A DNA stretch of 63,448 nucleotides, filler included, from Octopus bimaculoides (GCF_001194135.2; 7 parts of 7 records of this genome joined end to end with filler, not necessarily neighbours in it), one strand, 5' to 3'; shown: positions 51,164 through 62,606, counted from the first letter of the whole stretch. Made by a program: numbers and translations. The notes: generated by a model from the letters alone, not told the origin.

Positions 51164-51207
51164 ATCGTCCGACGATGCCTAGCTGGCCGAAACTTCGAAG
51201 TCACTGT
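51164..51207 (+). ncRNA. Type-I hammerhead ribozyme motif (GUC site, palindromic helix III), two core substitutions
   Basis: atcgt-CCGACGA-tgcc-tagct-ggcc-GAAAC-ttcgaa-GTC-actgt; helix III ACTTCGAAGT is a perfect palindrome. Confidence 0.68.
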
Positions 51208-51412
51208 CAACTAGAATAATTTTTAAGAATAATATATATGTATACATATATAATAAATACAAATATAGATGTTTGTGTGTGTGTGTGTGTGTGTGTACAT
51301 TTACAAATGTACTTATATATATATATATAAACATATGTACATATATATGTATAAATATATATGTACATATATATATATAAATATATATGTACATATATAT
51401 ATATATATATAT

Positions 51413-51446
<34 letters not shown>

Positions 51447-51469
51447 GTATGTATATGTATAAATATATA

Positions 51470-51650
51470 TTCTTTTATTCGTTTCAGTCATATGACTGTG
51501 GTCATGGACTTATTCTCTGTAAGCTTAGTACTTATTAAATCGGTCTCTTTGGCTGAACCACTAAGTTACTGGGACGTAAACGCACCGACATTGGTTAATG
51601 ATGATGCGGGCGGAATAAATACAGACACACAAACATAAACACACACACAC

Positions 51651-51697
<47 letters not shown>

Positions 51698-51850
51698 AAC
51701 GACGAGCTTCTTTCAGTTTCCGTCTACCAGATCAACTCACAAAGATTTGGTCCGCCCGAGGCTAGTGTAGAAGACGCTTGCCCAAGGGACTGAACCCGGA
51801 ACTATGTGGTTGGTAAGCAAAGTACTTACCACACAGCTACTTCCTGAGCC
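51470..51850 (-). mobile_element. SINE family 2 with internal (GATA)n/(CA)n tract
   Basis: Both halves recognisable on the minus strand. Confidence 0.85.
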
Positions 51851-51869
51851 TATGTATATATATATGTAC

Positions 51870-51902
<33 letters not shown>

Positions 51903-52260
51903 ATATATGCACCCACACACAGATGTAAGTATAAATAAATAAGCATACTTACATACATACATACATACACATACAAACACAAACACACACACATTAATTT
52001 GNNNNNNNNNNNNNNNNNNNNNNNNNNNNNNNNNNNNNNNNNNNNTTAATTAATTAANNNNNNNNNNNNNNNNNNNNNNNNNNNNNNNNNNNNNNNNNNN
52101 NTGCAAAGGTTATGTAGTCGCCATAAATACAGCCAATGAAGAATAATTCTAACATCCTGTCTGCGAGACATTTCACACAAATGTTAGCTATACTCAACGA
52201 CATGTAGTATTTCTTACATATTACACCCACACTGATGACAGATGTACGTGTATGTATGTA

Positions 52261-52704
52261 CGAGCGGGTGCTGAAAAGTTCCTGGCTTTCGGTAATAGAA
52301 AAATACAGGAGGGTCAGTTAATTATGATTTTATTCAACATATTCCCATCTCAGATTCACTCACTAAATGGCGGCGAGCTGGGAGAATCGTTTGCACGACG
52401 GACGAAAAGCTTAGGGGGGATTTCGTCTGTCTTTACGTTCTGAGTTCAAATTCTGCCGAGATCAACTTTGCTTTTTCATCCTTTCGATAAATTAATTCGG
52501 TACCAACTGAGTACTGAGGTCGATGTAATCGACTTATCCCCACCAAAAAAAATTTTTCAGGCCTTGTGCTTATAGTAGAAAAGATTCACACACTTGTTAC
52601 AGCAATCCTTCAGCTTCTCTAAGCCCTGTAAAAGAACTCGGAAGTTTGGGCTTCCGACAAGGTCTTTCGCAACATCCTTAAAGCCAGCAACTCTTCAGCA
52701 CCCG
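52261..52704. mobile_element. mariner-derived MITE (TA TSD) interrupted by a SINE
   Basis: TIRs cgagcgggtgctgaaaagttcctggcttt and aaagccagcaactcttcagcacccg; TA at 52259-60 and 52705-06. Confidence 0.85.
52365..52581 (+). mobile_element. SINE family 1 with 13-bp TSD
   Basis: TSD agattcactcact (52352-64) and agattcacacact (52582-94). Confidence 0.9.
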
Positions 52705-52770
52705 TACGCACGCACGCACGCACGCATGTATGTATATGTTTAATATGCATATCTGTATATTATATATACG

Positions 52771-52813
<43 letters not shown>

Positions 52814-52826
52814 ACATTCATATATA

Positions 52827-52886
<60 letters not shown>

Positions 52887-53857
52887 TTCATACACATATT
52901 TATACATACATACATATGCATGTATGTGTGTGTGTGTGTATATATATATTTATATGTATGTGTGTATTTATGTATGTATGTATGTATGTACGTACGTATA
53001 TATTTATAATGACCTCATCATAAGGTCACAATACAAGTAAAAGAATATATAAGCATTCATATACGTACATTTATAAGCAGATTCTCTTACCCACGTTAGA
53101 TACTGCACACATATACATATAATAGAGACATATAAGCATGCATATATACACACGCGCACGCACACACACACAAACGTTTATGTTTGGAATTGCATAGAAA
53201 GAGAAGATTCGGAAAAGGTTGTAATTTTCAATATGACGCATATGTTGTGCGTTGTTCTTCGTCTAGGTGAGTGCGCGCGCGCGTATAGCTACCAACTTAG
53301 AGATATAAATAAATAGTTAGAGGAACACAATATATATTAAAGAAAAAACAACAAAAACAACAACAAACCAAAAACAACGACACCAACTGCGAGGACGACA
53401 AAACAACAAGCCTCGCTCTGAAAACTCGCTGAAACTTGTTCAATTCACCATTTTTGTATGGAAGCTATTTATCCTCGAAACGTTTGTGAATTCTGAAAAG
53501 CTGATTTAATATAAGACGCAAAATTATAACATCGCAAATGTAAAAAATAAATGAATACAAAATAAAACGAAATATCCTTTCATAGCCATCTCACCCACCC
53601 TCAGCTACTCCATCCTGCAGAGAAGAAAAATAAATGCAACAATCAGGAGCTAACGAATTAACTAGCCAACCAGAAATGAATATTGGTTAACAATATTGAA
53701 TTTTATCAGAAGACACAAAAGCCAAAACTATTATGAAACATAATAGTTTGAGCCAAGGAAATAGCATCTGCCTGGTTGGTAGATCTGCTGGGAAAAGAGT
53801 CAAATTCCATTCAAAGCGCAAAATACCATCTCAAAAGTAAGATTGGGCACTATTTTA

Positions 53858-53970
53858 CTCTCTTACTTTGTTTCAGCAAGTGGACTGCGGCCATGCTGGA
53901 GCACCACTTTGTAAGGCTGATTGATCGAATAAATCGACCCGACTATATATTGTTTAAAGTTTATTTATTA
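53858..53970 (-). mobile_element. SINE family 2-type 3' fragment
   Basis: Reverse complement contains gtggtgctccagcatggccgcagtc..tgaaacaaagtaagag. Confidence 0.75.
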
Positions 53971-54930
53971 TATCGGAAGGGTAGAGGGAGAGGGAAAGAG
54001 AGAGAGAGAGAGATGATGGAAGAGAGAGAAGTAACGGCAAGTGTGATAGAAAGAGAAAAAGACCGTCTGAGAGAATAAGGAAAAGGGAAGAGATGTGAAA
54101 TAAGTGTGAGTATTCTTTCACAAACTGTAGCGCTATCACTTCTAGTACAATCGCTAATTCCGCTACCACATACTTCCTCCATGCTGTCTGGTGCTGTTCT
54201 GTCCACCATTCTCGTGACGGTGATGACTGCGTTTATTATTGTTGACTGCAGTGCTGATACTTGTCGTAGTGGTGGTAGGAGTTGGCAGTGGCTGTGGCAG
54301 TAATTAGGGGGTATTTAGTAATGGTGTTGATGCCTCATGATCCACACCATCCACAATATCTTTTATCTCTTGTTTATTTCGGTCACCAGACTGCGGCCAT
54401 ATTGACAATGTTAACAAATAGAGAAAACAACAATCTCCTCTTTCATTTTGTTGTTCTCCGTTGGTTTTTACTGTTTGTGATCAAGTGTACCTAATCGTGA
54501 CCACCCTGTTTATTTTTCTTTTTTGTTTTCGTTTTTTTTTTTTTCATCAAGGACCGAATTGTTCAACTCGATTGATAATAGTGGAGAGTCGATTCCGCCA
54601 TCGTTGTTGTTGTTGGTGGCGGTATTGCAACCATCATCACCATTACTACTACCACCACCACCATCATGACAGACATGTATATTAAATATTTAAAACACAG
54701 TCACCAGTCAATTGACCGCATTATATATGAACAGTGTTTGCCTGTTAGCACATGTATGCATCTATGCATGGTATGTGTATGTTTNNNNNNNNNNNNNNNN
54801 NNNNNNNNNNNNNNNNNNNNNNNNNNNNNNNNNNNNNNNNNNNNNNNNNNNNNNNNNNNNNNNNNNNNNNNNNNNNNNNNNNNNNNNNNNNNNNNNNNNN
54901 NNNNNNNNNNNNNNNNNNNNNNNTGTGTCT

Positions 54931-54973
<43 letters not shown>

Positions 54974-55439
54974 TTTGTTTCGGTTCTAGTGTAAATATGA
55001 TTATTTCAGCTTAACTTACGTACCTGTATGAATGTCTGAACACATAAATAAATATATACACATATACAATGAGAGTCGAGCATTTTATGCACATAGACGC
55101 AGTTACAGTTGTGTAACTAAGAAAGTCGTTTCGCAGCTATGTACTTCCCGGTTCGATCCCAGTGTTAAAGTACCTTGGGTGTTTTCTATTATAGTCTTGG
55201 ATTGATTAATACTATATGAGCGGCATTTGAAATATGCAAGCAATATATAGGTATGCATTCGTGTCAGTGTCCGTGGTTATATGTACCGCTACAGTGGTGT
55301 AATATAACCAAAGAACATTAAAAACCGAAATTCGACACACTGTTCTGCAGTGTGTCCAATTTCGCTTCAGTCTCATTTAATTTCAAAAATGTGACTTACT
55401 CACTCGGTCAATGAAATATATATTTATTATAGTTGGGTC

Positions 55440-55698
55440 AATACATACATACATTTACATGCATACATATACGTATTTACATTCATATATATATATATGT
55501 ATGTATGTGTGTGCGTGTATATAATATATATATATATATTTACTCACACACACACGTATGTACTTATATATGTGTGTGTGTATGCATGCATGTAATTTCG
55601 GAGTTGTACTTGTGTGACAAGTAACTTCATTTGCGATCGTGTGTTCAAACTGAAACAGTTACATCATGCAAGACTCATGACAACCATTTAAAACACAC
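55440..55698 (+). repeat. Left copy of a ~260-bp inverted duplication (partner 59462-59762)
   Basis: Unique core gtaatttcggagttgtacttgt(g/a)tgacaagtaac...ccatttaaaacacac is near-identical in reverse orientation. Confidence 0.92.
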
Positions 55699-56253
55699 AT
55701 GCGCGCGCACACACACACACACACACACACATACACGCACGCACACACACACATACACGCACACACACACATACACGCACGCACACACGCACACCGTTGT
55801 ATTTACTTTTCTGTCATTCTTTAATCATAATATTATACATAACAAACTGCAAAAAATGTGCAGCCTGGTCGTTGACTCTATATGGATATGTGACAGCGCT
55901 CCGTCATGGTTGCGGCCTAATGGTTGAATCTCACGGAAGAGTATATAGATATATAATAGATGAAATTTATAGAAGAACAAAAGACGAAGACAGATGTATG
56001 AACAACAAGCAAGTGTATTAGTCTGACGCTCAGGAAAATGAAAAAGTCTTTTACATTTCGAGTCTACGCTCTTCAACAGAAAGGAATAAAAGAAAATAAA
56101 CAAAGAGAGAATGAAAAAAAACTCGTAGATTTCAGCGGCCCAGCATGGCGAAAGTTTAGAAAAAAAGTTTGAAAGATAATAATAATAATAAAATAAAATA
56201 AAGAGGTTGAAAGAAAGCTCATTATCTACCTGGAAACATTCATACACACATTC

Positions 56254-56484
56254 ATATTCTTTATTGCCCACAAGGGGCTAAACATAGAGGGGACAAACAA
56301 GAACAGACGAACGGATTAAGTCGATTACATCGACCCCAGGGCGTAACTGGTACTTAATTTATCGACCCCGAAAGGATGAAAGGCAAAGTCGACCTCGGCG
56401 GAATTTGAACTCAGAACGTAGCAGCAGACAAAATACCGCTAAGCATTTCGCCCGGCGTGCTAACGTTTCTGCCAGCTCGCCGCC
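56254..56484 (-). mobile_element. Full-length young SINE family 1 with perfect 17-bp TSD
   Basis: cattcatacacacattc at 56237-56253 and 56495-56511. Confidence 0.95.
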
Positions 56485-58242
56485 TTTTCATACACATTCA
56501 TACACACATTCGTCCATCCACTCGCATATATATATATATATATATATAATATATATATAANNNNNNNNNNNNNNNNNNNNNNNNNNNNNNNNNNNNNNNN
56601 NNNNNNNNNNNNNNNNNNNNNNNNNNNNNNNNNNNNNNNNNNNNNNNNNNNNNNNNNNNNNNNNNNNNNNNNNNNNNNNNNNNNNNNNNNNNNNNNNNNN
56701 NNNNNNNNNNNNNNNNNNNNNNNNNNNNNNNNNNNNNNNNNNNNNNNNNNNNNNNNNNNNNNNNNNNNNNNNNNNNNNNNNNNNNNNNNNNNNNNNNNNN
56801 NNNNNNNNNNNNNNNNNNNNNNNNNNNNNNNNNNNNNNNNNNNNNNNNNNNNNNNNNNNNNNNNNNNNNNNNNNNNNNNNNNNNNNNNNNNNNNNNNNNN
56901 NNNNNNNNNNNNNNNNNNNNNNNNNNNNNNNNNNNNNNNNNNNNNNNNNNNNNNNNNNNNNNNNNNNNNNNNNNNNNNNNNNNNNNNNNNNNNNNNNNNN
57001 NNNNNNNNNNNNNNNNNNNNNNNNNNNNNNNNNNNNNNNNNNNNNNNNNNNNNNNNNNNNNNNNNNNNNNNNNNNNNNNNNNNNNNNNNNNNNNNNNNNN
57101 NNNNNNNNNNNNNNNNNNNNNNNACGGCTAAACCTTTCAAGGTGGTGCTTCAACAAGGCCGCTGTCTAATGATTGAAACAAGTGAAAGATAAACGATAAA
57201 ATAGACACTCAACAAAGTAAAGACCGATGTAATGTTCATTGATGACTTGCGAACTCTCACAATCAGTTATACTGCCCCAGGATTTCAAGTTTGTCTTGTC
57301 ATAGATTTGTCATTATGTTGAATGTGTCATAGTAGACAGTAAAATAGCTTTTAGTCACAAAAACACCAATTAACGTGGGTACCAGCGCGCAAAATTAACT
57401 TAATTTGAAAATATTCTCTCAGAGATTGAATAAAGAAAAATGTTATTTTCTAAGGCTTTCTTGGAATCTGTTCTGTTCTACAACAGTGAGAAGCATGGAC
57501 AATAACAGTCTGTATGTATGTATATATGTGTGTATGTATGTATATGTATATATGTGTGTGTGTGTGTATATCTATATGTATGTGTCTACACAAACACACA
57601 CATATATATATCCACAGTAATATAAGCTTTAGCAACAGGTGACAAAGGAATGTCCACTTCAGCTGGCGTTGGTGGTGGCGGTAATATCGAGGAGTTAAAT
57701 AGTTTAATGACATCAGTCTTAGTGGTGATGGTGGTGGTACCGGTGGTGGTGGTGGTAGTGGTGGTGGCAGTGGCGAGACTGGAAGAGGGTCATGATGTTA
57801 GCTTTAGGCCACGTTGATGATGGTGATTGTGGTAAATGTATGTTCTGTGTGCGTGCGTGTGTGTGTATCTGCGCATGCGTGTGCTTGTGCACTTGCACGC
57901 ATACACAACACATACTGTTTGTGTGTATGTCGTTGTGTGCGTGCGTGCGTACGTACGCACGTGTATGTACGTGCGTGTGTGTGTGTATCAGTTGTGTTAC
58001 CTGCAAGAATGTTAGGCATGCATGGAATGTAGTGCATGTATAATATATATATATAAAAGAATGCAAATTAGAAACAAGATTTTAATATAAATATTTGATT
58101 TTTATGAGAGACAACTGCAAAGTTGTGTGTGTGTGTGTGTGTGTGTGTAACCCACTTCAATTATATGGCGTTGATTTATACACTTATGTTCTGGCTTAAG
58201 TACTACTAGTCGCACCTGTATGTATGTATGTATGTATGTATA

Positions 58243-58404
58243 GGCGTAGGGAGCGGCTGTGTGGTAAGTAGTTTGCTTACCAACCACATGGTTCCAGGTT
58301 CAGTTCCACTGCGTGGCACCTTGGGCAAGTGTCTTCTATAGCTTCGGGCCGACCAAAGCCTTGTGAGTGGATTTGGTAGACGGAAACTGAAAGAAGCCCG
58401 TCGT
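58243..58404 (+). mobile_element. SINE family 2, 5' half
   Basis: ggcgtagggagcggctgtgtggtaag..ggttcagttcc..gtggatttggtagacggaaactgaaagaagcccgtcg. Confidence 0.9.
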
Positions 58405-58945
58405 ATGTATATATATATACGTATGTTTGTACATGTCTGATTGTATGTGTATGCGTGTGTACGCGTATGTGCACGAGTATATGAGTGTGGTGTGTGTGTG
58501 TGTGTGNNNNNNNNNNNNNNNNNNNNNNNNNNNNNNNNNNNNNNNNNNNNNNNNNNNNNNNNNNNNNNNNNNNNNNNNNNNNNNNNNNNNNNNNNNNNNN
58601 NNNNNNNNNNNNNNNNNNNNNNNNNNNNNNNNNNNNNNNNNNNNNNNNNNNNNNNNNNNNNNNNNNNNNNNNNNNNNNNNNNNNNNNNNNNNNNNNNNNN
58701 NNNNNNNNNNNNNNNNNNNNNNNNNNNNNNNNNNNNNNNNNNNNNNNNNNNNNNNNNNNNNNNNNNNNNNNNNNNNNNNNNNNNNNNNNNNNNNNNNNNN
58801 NNNNNNNNNNNNNNNNNNNNNNNNNNNNNNNNNNNNNNNNNNNNNNNNNNNNNNNNNNNNNNNNNNNNNNNNNNNNNNNNNNNNNNNNNNNNNNNNNNNN
58901 NNNNNNNNNNNNNNNNNNNNNNNNNNNNNNNNNNNNNNNNNNNNN

Positions 58946-58992
<47 letters not shown>

Positions 58993-59461
58993 ATGTACGT
59001 ATGTAAATCTATGTATATATATATACGTATGTTTGTACATGTCTGATTGTATGTGTATGCGTGTGTACGCGTATGTGCACGAGTATATGAGTGTGGTGTG
59101 TGTGTGTGTGTGTGTGCATGTAGGTATTTTGTGTTTGTTTCTATATATGTATGCGCAAATTCCTTCGTGGTATTTTGTTATAATCACAACGCTTTGAATT
59201 CAGAACTTAAAGAGCTCTATAATACCTCCCCTGTCGATAAAATAGATTAGTGGGGTGGAGTGGGGAGTCAGTGTAATCGGTTTAAATGCTGTGACCTCTG
59301 TATGGCCACAGAATACATTATATAGTATTATTTTATTGTGTGTGTATGTGTGGCTTTGTGTTTTACCACCACCACCAGCTGCTTGACAACCGGTGTTGGT
59401 TTGTTAGCGGTCGGGCAAAAATACCCTTCCGATATAATAAATAGACTTTAAAAAATATATA

Positions 59462-59617
59462 GTGTGTTTTAAATGGTTGTCATGAGTCTTGCATGATGTA
59501 ACTGTTTCAGTTTGAACACACGATCGCAAATGAAGTTACTTGTCATACAAGTACAACTCCGAAATTACATACATGCATGCATACACACAGACATATATAC
59601 ATACATACGTGTGTGAG

Positions 59618-59648
<31 letters not shown>

Positions 59649-59762
59649 GCACACACATACATACATATNNNNNNNNNNACACGCACACACATACATACAT
59701 ATATATATGAATGTATATACGTATATGTATGCATGTAAATGTATGTATGTATGTATGCATGT
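59462..59762 (-). repeat. Right copy of the inverted duplication
   Basis: Matches 55440-55698; the ORF track gives the same ...VISELYL(C/Y)DK translation on opposite strands. Confidence 0.92.
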
Positions 59763-59929
59763 AAATGTATGTATGTATGTATGTATGAACGTATGCATGT
59801 ATGTATGCATATATGCATGTATGTATGCATATATGCATGAATGTGCATATATGGACGTTAACTCCGCGTAGATCATGATCGAACAAATGAGTTTGTCGAT
59901 GCCATAAACGTTAATATATGGCTGATAGT

Positions 59930-60052
59930 TTATTTTATCGGCTCACAAAAGGGTGAAAGCAAAGTTAAAGTCGGCTGGTTCGAACTCAAAACATAAAGAG
60001 TCGGACGAAATATGGCAAAGCATTTATTCCGACTCTCAACCAGTCCTGCCAA
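59930..60052 (-). mobile_element. Decayed SINE family 1
   Basis: Reverse complement retains ggcagg..aatgctt..gttcgaacc..ctttgctttcacc. Confidence 0.65.
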
Positions 60053-61227
60053 CACACTACTACCCTGGGGTAGATTATATAATGCCACTGTAAATCCTGA
60101 AGGTATCCACTAACTTAAACAAGTAAAAGAATAGAATCCCGAAAAAAAATAAAAGCGACCACGTGATTTTTCGAAAAGACTAAGATGGGAAGCGGTAGCC
60201 ATTTTGTAGCTACTACAAAAACAAAAATGATTTGATATTTGTGCCAAGATAAAAATACCGATTGAAATCATCAAATAAAGATTAATGATAAAAAAAGAAA
60301 CAATAAATAAGTGATTGAGGATGGAGGAGGGGTGAGTAAGTCATATGACAGATACCCTAGCTTATATCTTTCAACCAGTTTGAACGGTCTTGGGTAGCGT
60401 TTGTGAGTGTGCGTACGTCTATGTTTGTGCATGTGACAGTGTGTCTGAATGTGTGCGTGTGCCTACGTGTGTCTTCCTGTGTTCTCATGCAAACGTTTAG
60501 CTGTGCGTACAACCTTGTGCCTACGTGTGAACATTTTTATGCATGGGCCGACCTGTAAGCATACGTGTCTACCTACGTATGCCTAAGTGTGCGCTTATGT
60601 GACGAGGTGCGTGTGATTTACGTCTATATCTTTCTGTGACTAGTTGATGCTGCCGTTGCTGTGATCGTGTAAACCTATGACCAAGGACATACCACCTGTG
60701 ATCAGCTCGCCAAATTTCCCAAGTGTGAAAGAACCCAGGCCCACGCCATTCAACGGGTCCGTTTCTAAAACAGTAGTAGTTGACGTGAAGTCGATTTCGC
60801 TGCTATCGCTTGCAGGTCCAATGGCCAAGTACAAGTTTCATCGTTGGCACGTGTTTATGAGTATATCTGAATGACCCGCAACTGCAAGTGTCAACATACG
60901 CACTAATTGTGTGAACTAATTGAGTATACATAAGAAACAAAAATCTATTGACTTAAATATGCTGAATATGGAATGTATCCAACCTTTTTTTTAATTCTCT
61001 GTTACCTTCACACACACTCGCAAATGTACGCACACACGTACACTCACACACACAGAGTTTTACACATATGTTCATATACAGTTTATTGAAACTGAAATCT
61101 TACGATTCGAGTTTTACGCTATAGCGATCTTCAGGCGATGTTTGTGCGTGTATGTGTATGCATCTATATATACACATGTAAGTATACATATGAAGTTTGT
61201 ATATGTATATACATATATATACATATA

Positions 61228-61316
61228 CTTTATTTAAAAGCAGCAGAAATATAACAAAAAAACCGTTACTCAGAGTAACGGTTTTTTTGTTATATTTCTG
61301 CTGCTTTTAAATAAAG
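61228..61316. repeat. Perfect palindrome, 44-bp arms with 1-nt spacer
   Basis: ctttatttaaaagcagcagaaatataacaaaaaaaccgttactc-A-gagtaacggtttttttgttatatttctgctgcttttaaataaag. Confidence 0.97.
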
Positions 61317-62268
61317 CATATTACTCTACCTCTGGTATTTGAGTACTCTTTTTTCCCACCTTGTTGCACATTTCATGTGTTTACTCCGGTATATATACAT
61401 ATATATAGATATGCATGCACCTTCTAACAACATGTCCGTAGTACAGGAGCTGTGGTCACTCAAAACGGAGAAACAGTGGCTTGAGCTGGAGAGACTCCTT
61501 GATCACTGATCAACACACACCCTTCAAAAACTAACCTGTCACTCGCCTGCTTTTTGCTGAGCTAACTTACTTACTTTCTCGCTTAACACTCGTAAATTTT
61601 TGACACTGCCTTTCATTAAATACCGAAGGAGATCAGGCTTTTTTTCAACCGGAATTCAGATCGTGAATGACAATCCGCCATTATACACACGCACGCGCAC
61701 GCACGTGTACATGTTTTAATCCAAGATGGAGACGAACACCATTCCACCATGTGATCGGCTTGAAAAATTGTTAAGATATTAAGATATTTTCTTAACATGA
61801 AACCAATGGTACCCTTAATATACAAATAAAGAAATTTTATCCAGTATTGAGGTACTGAGTACTCATTCTTATTGTTTGACATTTACGTACATATATACAT
61901 GTATACACATATATGCATACATATAAACACACACAAACACACAGACTTGACGTCAAAACTGCAAAGTACGCAGTACCGAACTAGATTGAAGCTCTAAATA
62001 TTACATATAAGATATTTAAAAAAATTATAAAGACTTCCAACTCCTCATCAAAATATTAATTTAATGCATGGAATGTTTGTTATTCGGTAAATGGTTGCTA
62101 TTTTGATGGTATACAGGCATAATTTCCGCTAACCATACTAGTTCAATGTATTTACTAACAGTATTGAATCACATATGATGTGAGTGAAGATTTAGAAATT
62201 AATATGGTGTTATGGAAGCAGAAACTTCAGCTGTCTTCTCTCTGTGTCATTTCCTCAAATAAATAAAT

Positions 62269-62321
<53 letters not shown>

Positions 62322-62421
62322 NNNNNNNNNNNNNNNNNNNNNNNNNNNNNNNNNNNNNNNNNNNNTTAATTAATTAANNNNNNNNNNNNNNNNNNNNNNN
62401 NNNNNNNNNNNNNNNNNNNNN

Positions 62422-62530
62422 TTTCATCCTTTCGAGGTCGATAAAATAAGTACCAGTTGAACACTGAGGGTCGATATAATTGACTTATTACCTACCCCAA
62501 AACTGCAGACCTTGTACCTGTAATAGAAGA
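62422..62530 (+). mobile_element. SINE family 1 3' half adjacent to a gap
   Basis: tttcatcctttcgaggtcgataaaataagtaccagtt. Confidence 0.85.
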
Positions 62531-62561
62531 CGTTATTTTATCGCAGTCTCGATCTCTCTCT

Positions 62562-62606
<45 letters not shown>

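Noticed and set aside
58411-59116. ~95-bp direct repeat on both sides of an N gap
   Set aside because: Typical unmerged contig overlap (assembly artefact)
395-59886. Many long ORFs of Y/I/V/C/H/T repeats, and ORFs spanning N runs
   Set aside because: Translations of (TA)n, (TG)n and (TACA)n microsatellites and gaps; not coding
60677-60874. VISSPNFP resembling a CUB domain start
   Set aside because: Rest lacks CUB Cys/Trp pattern, and the frame has a stop just upstream
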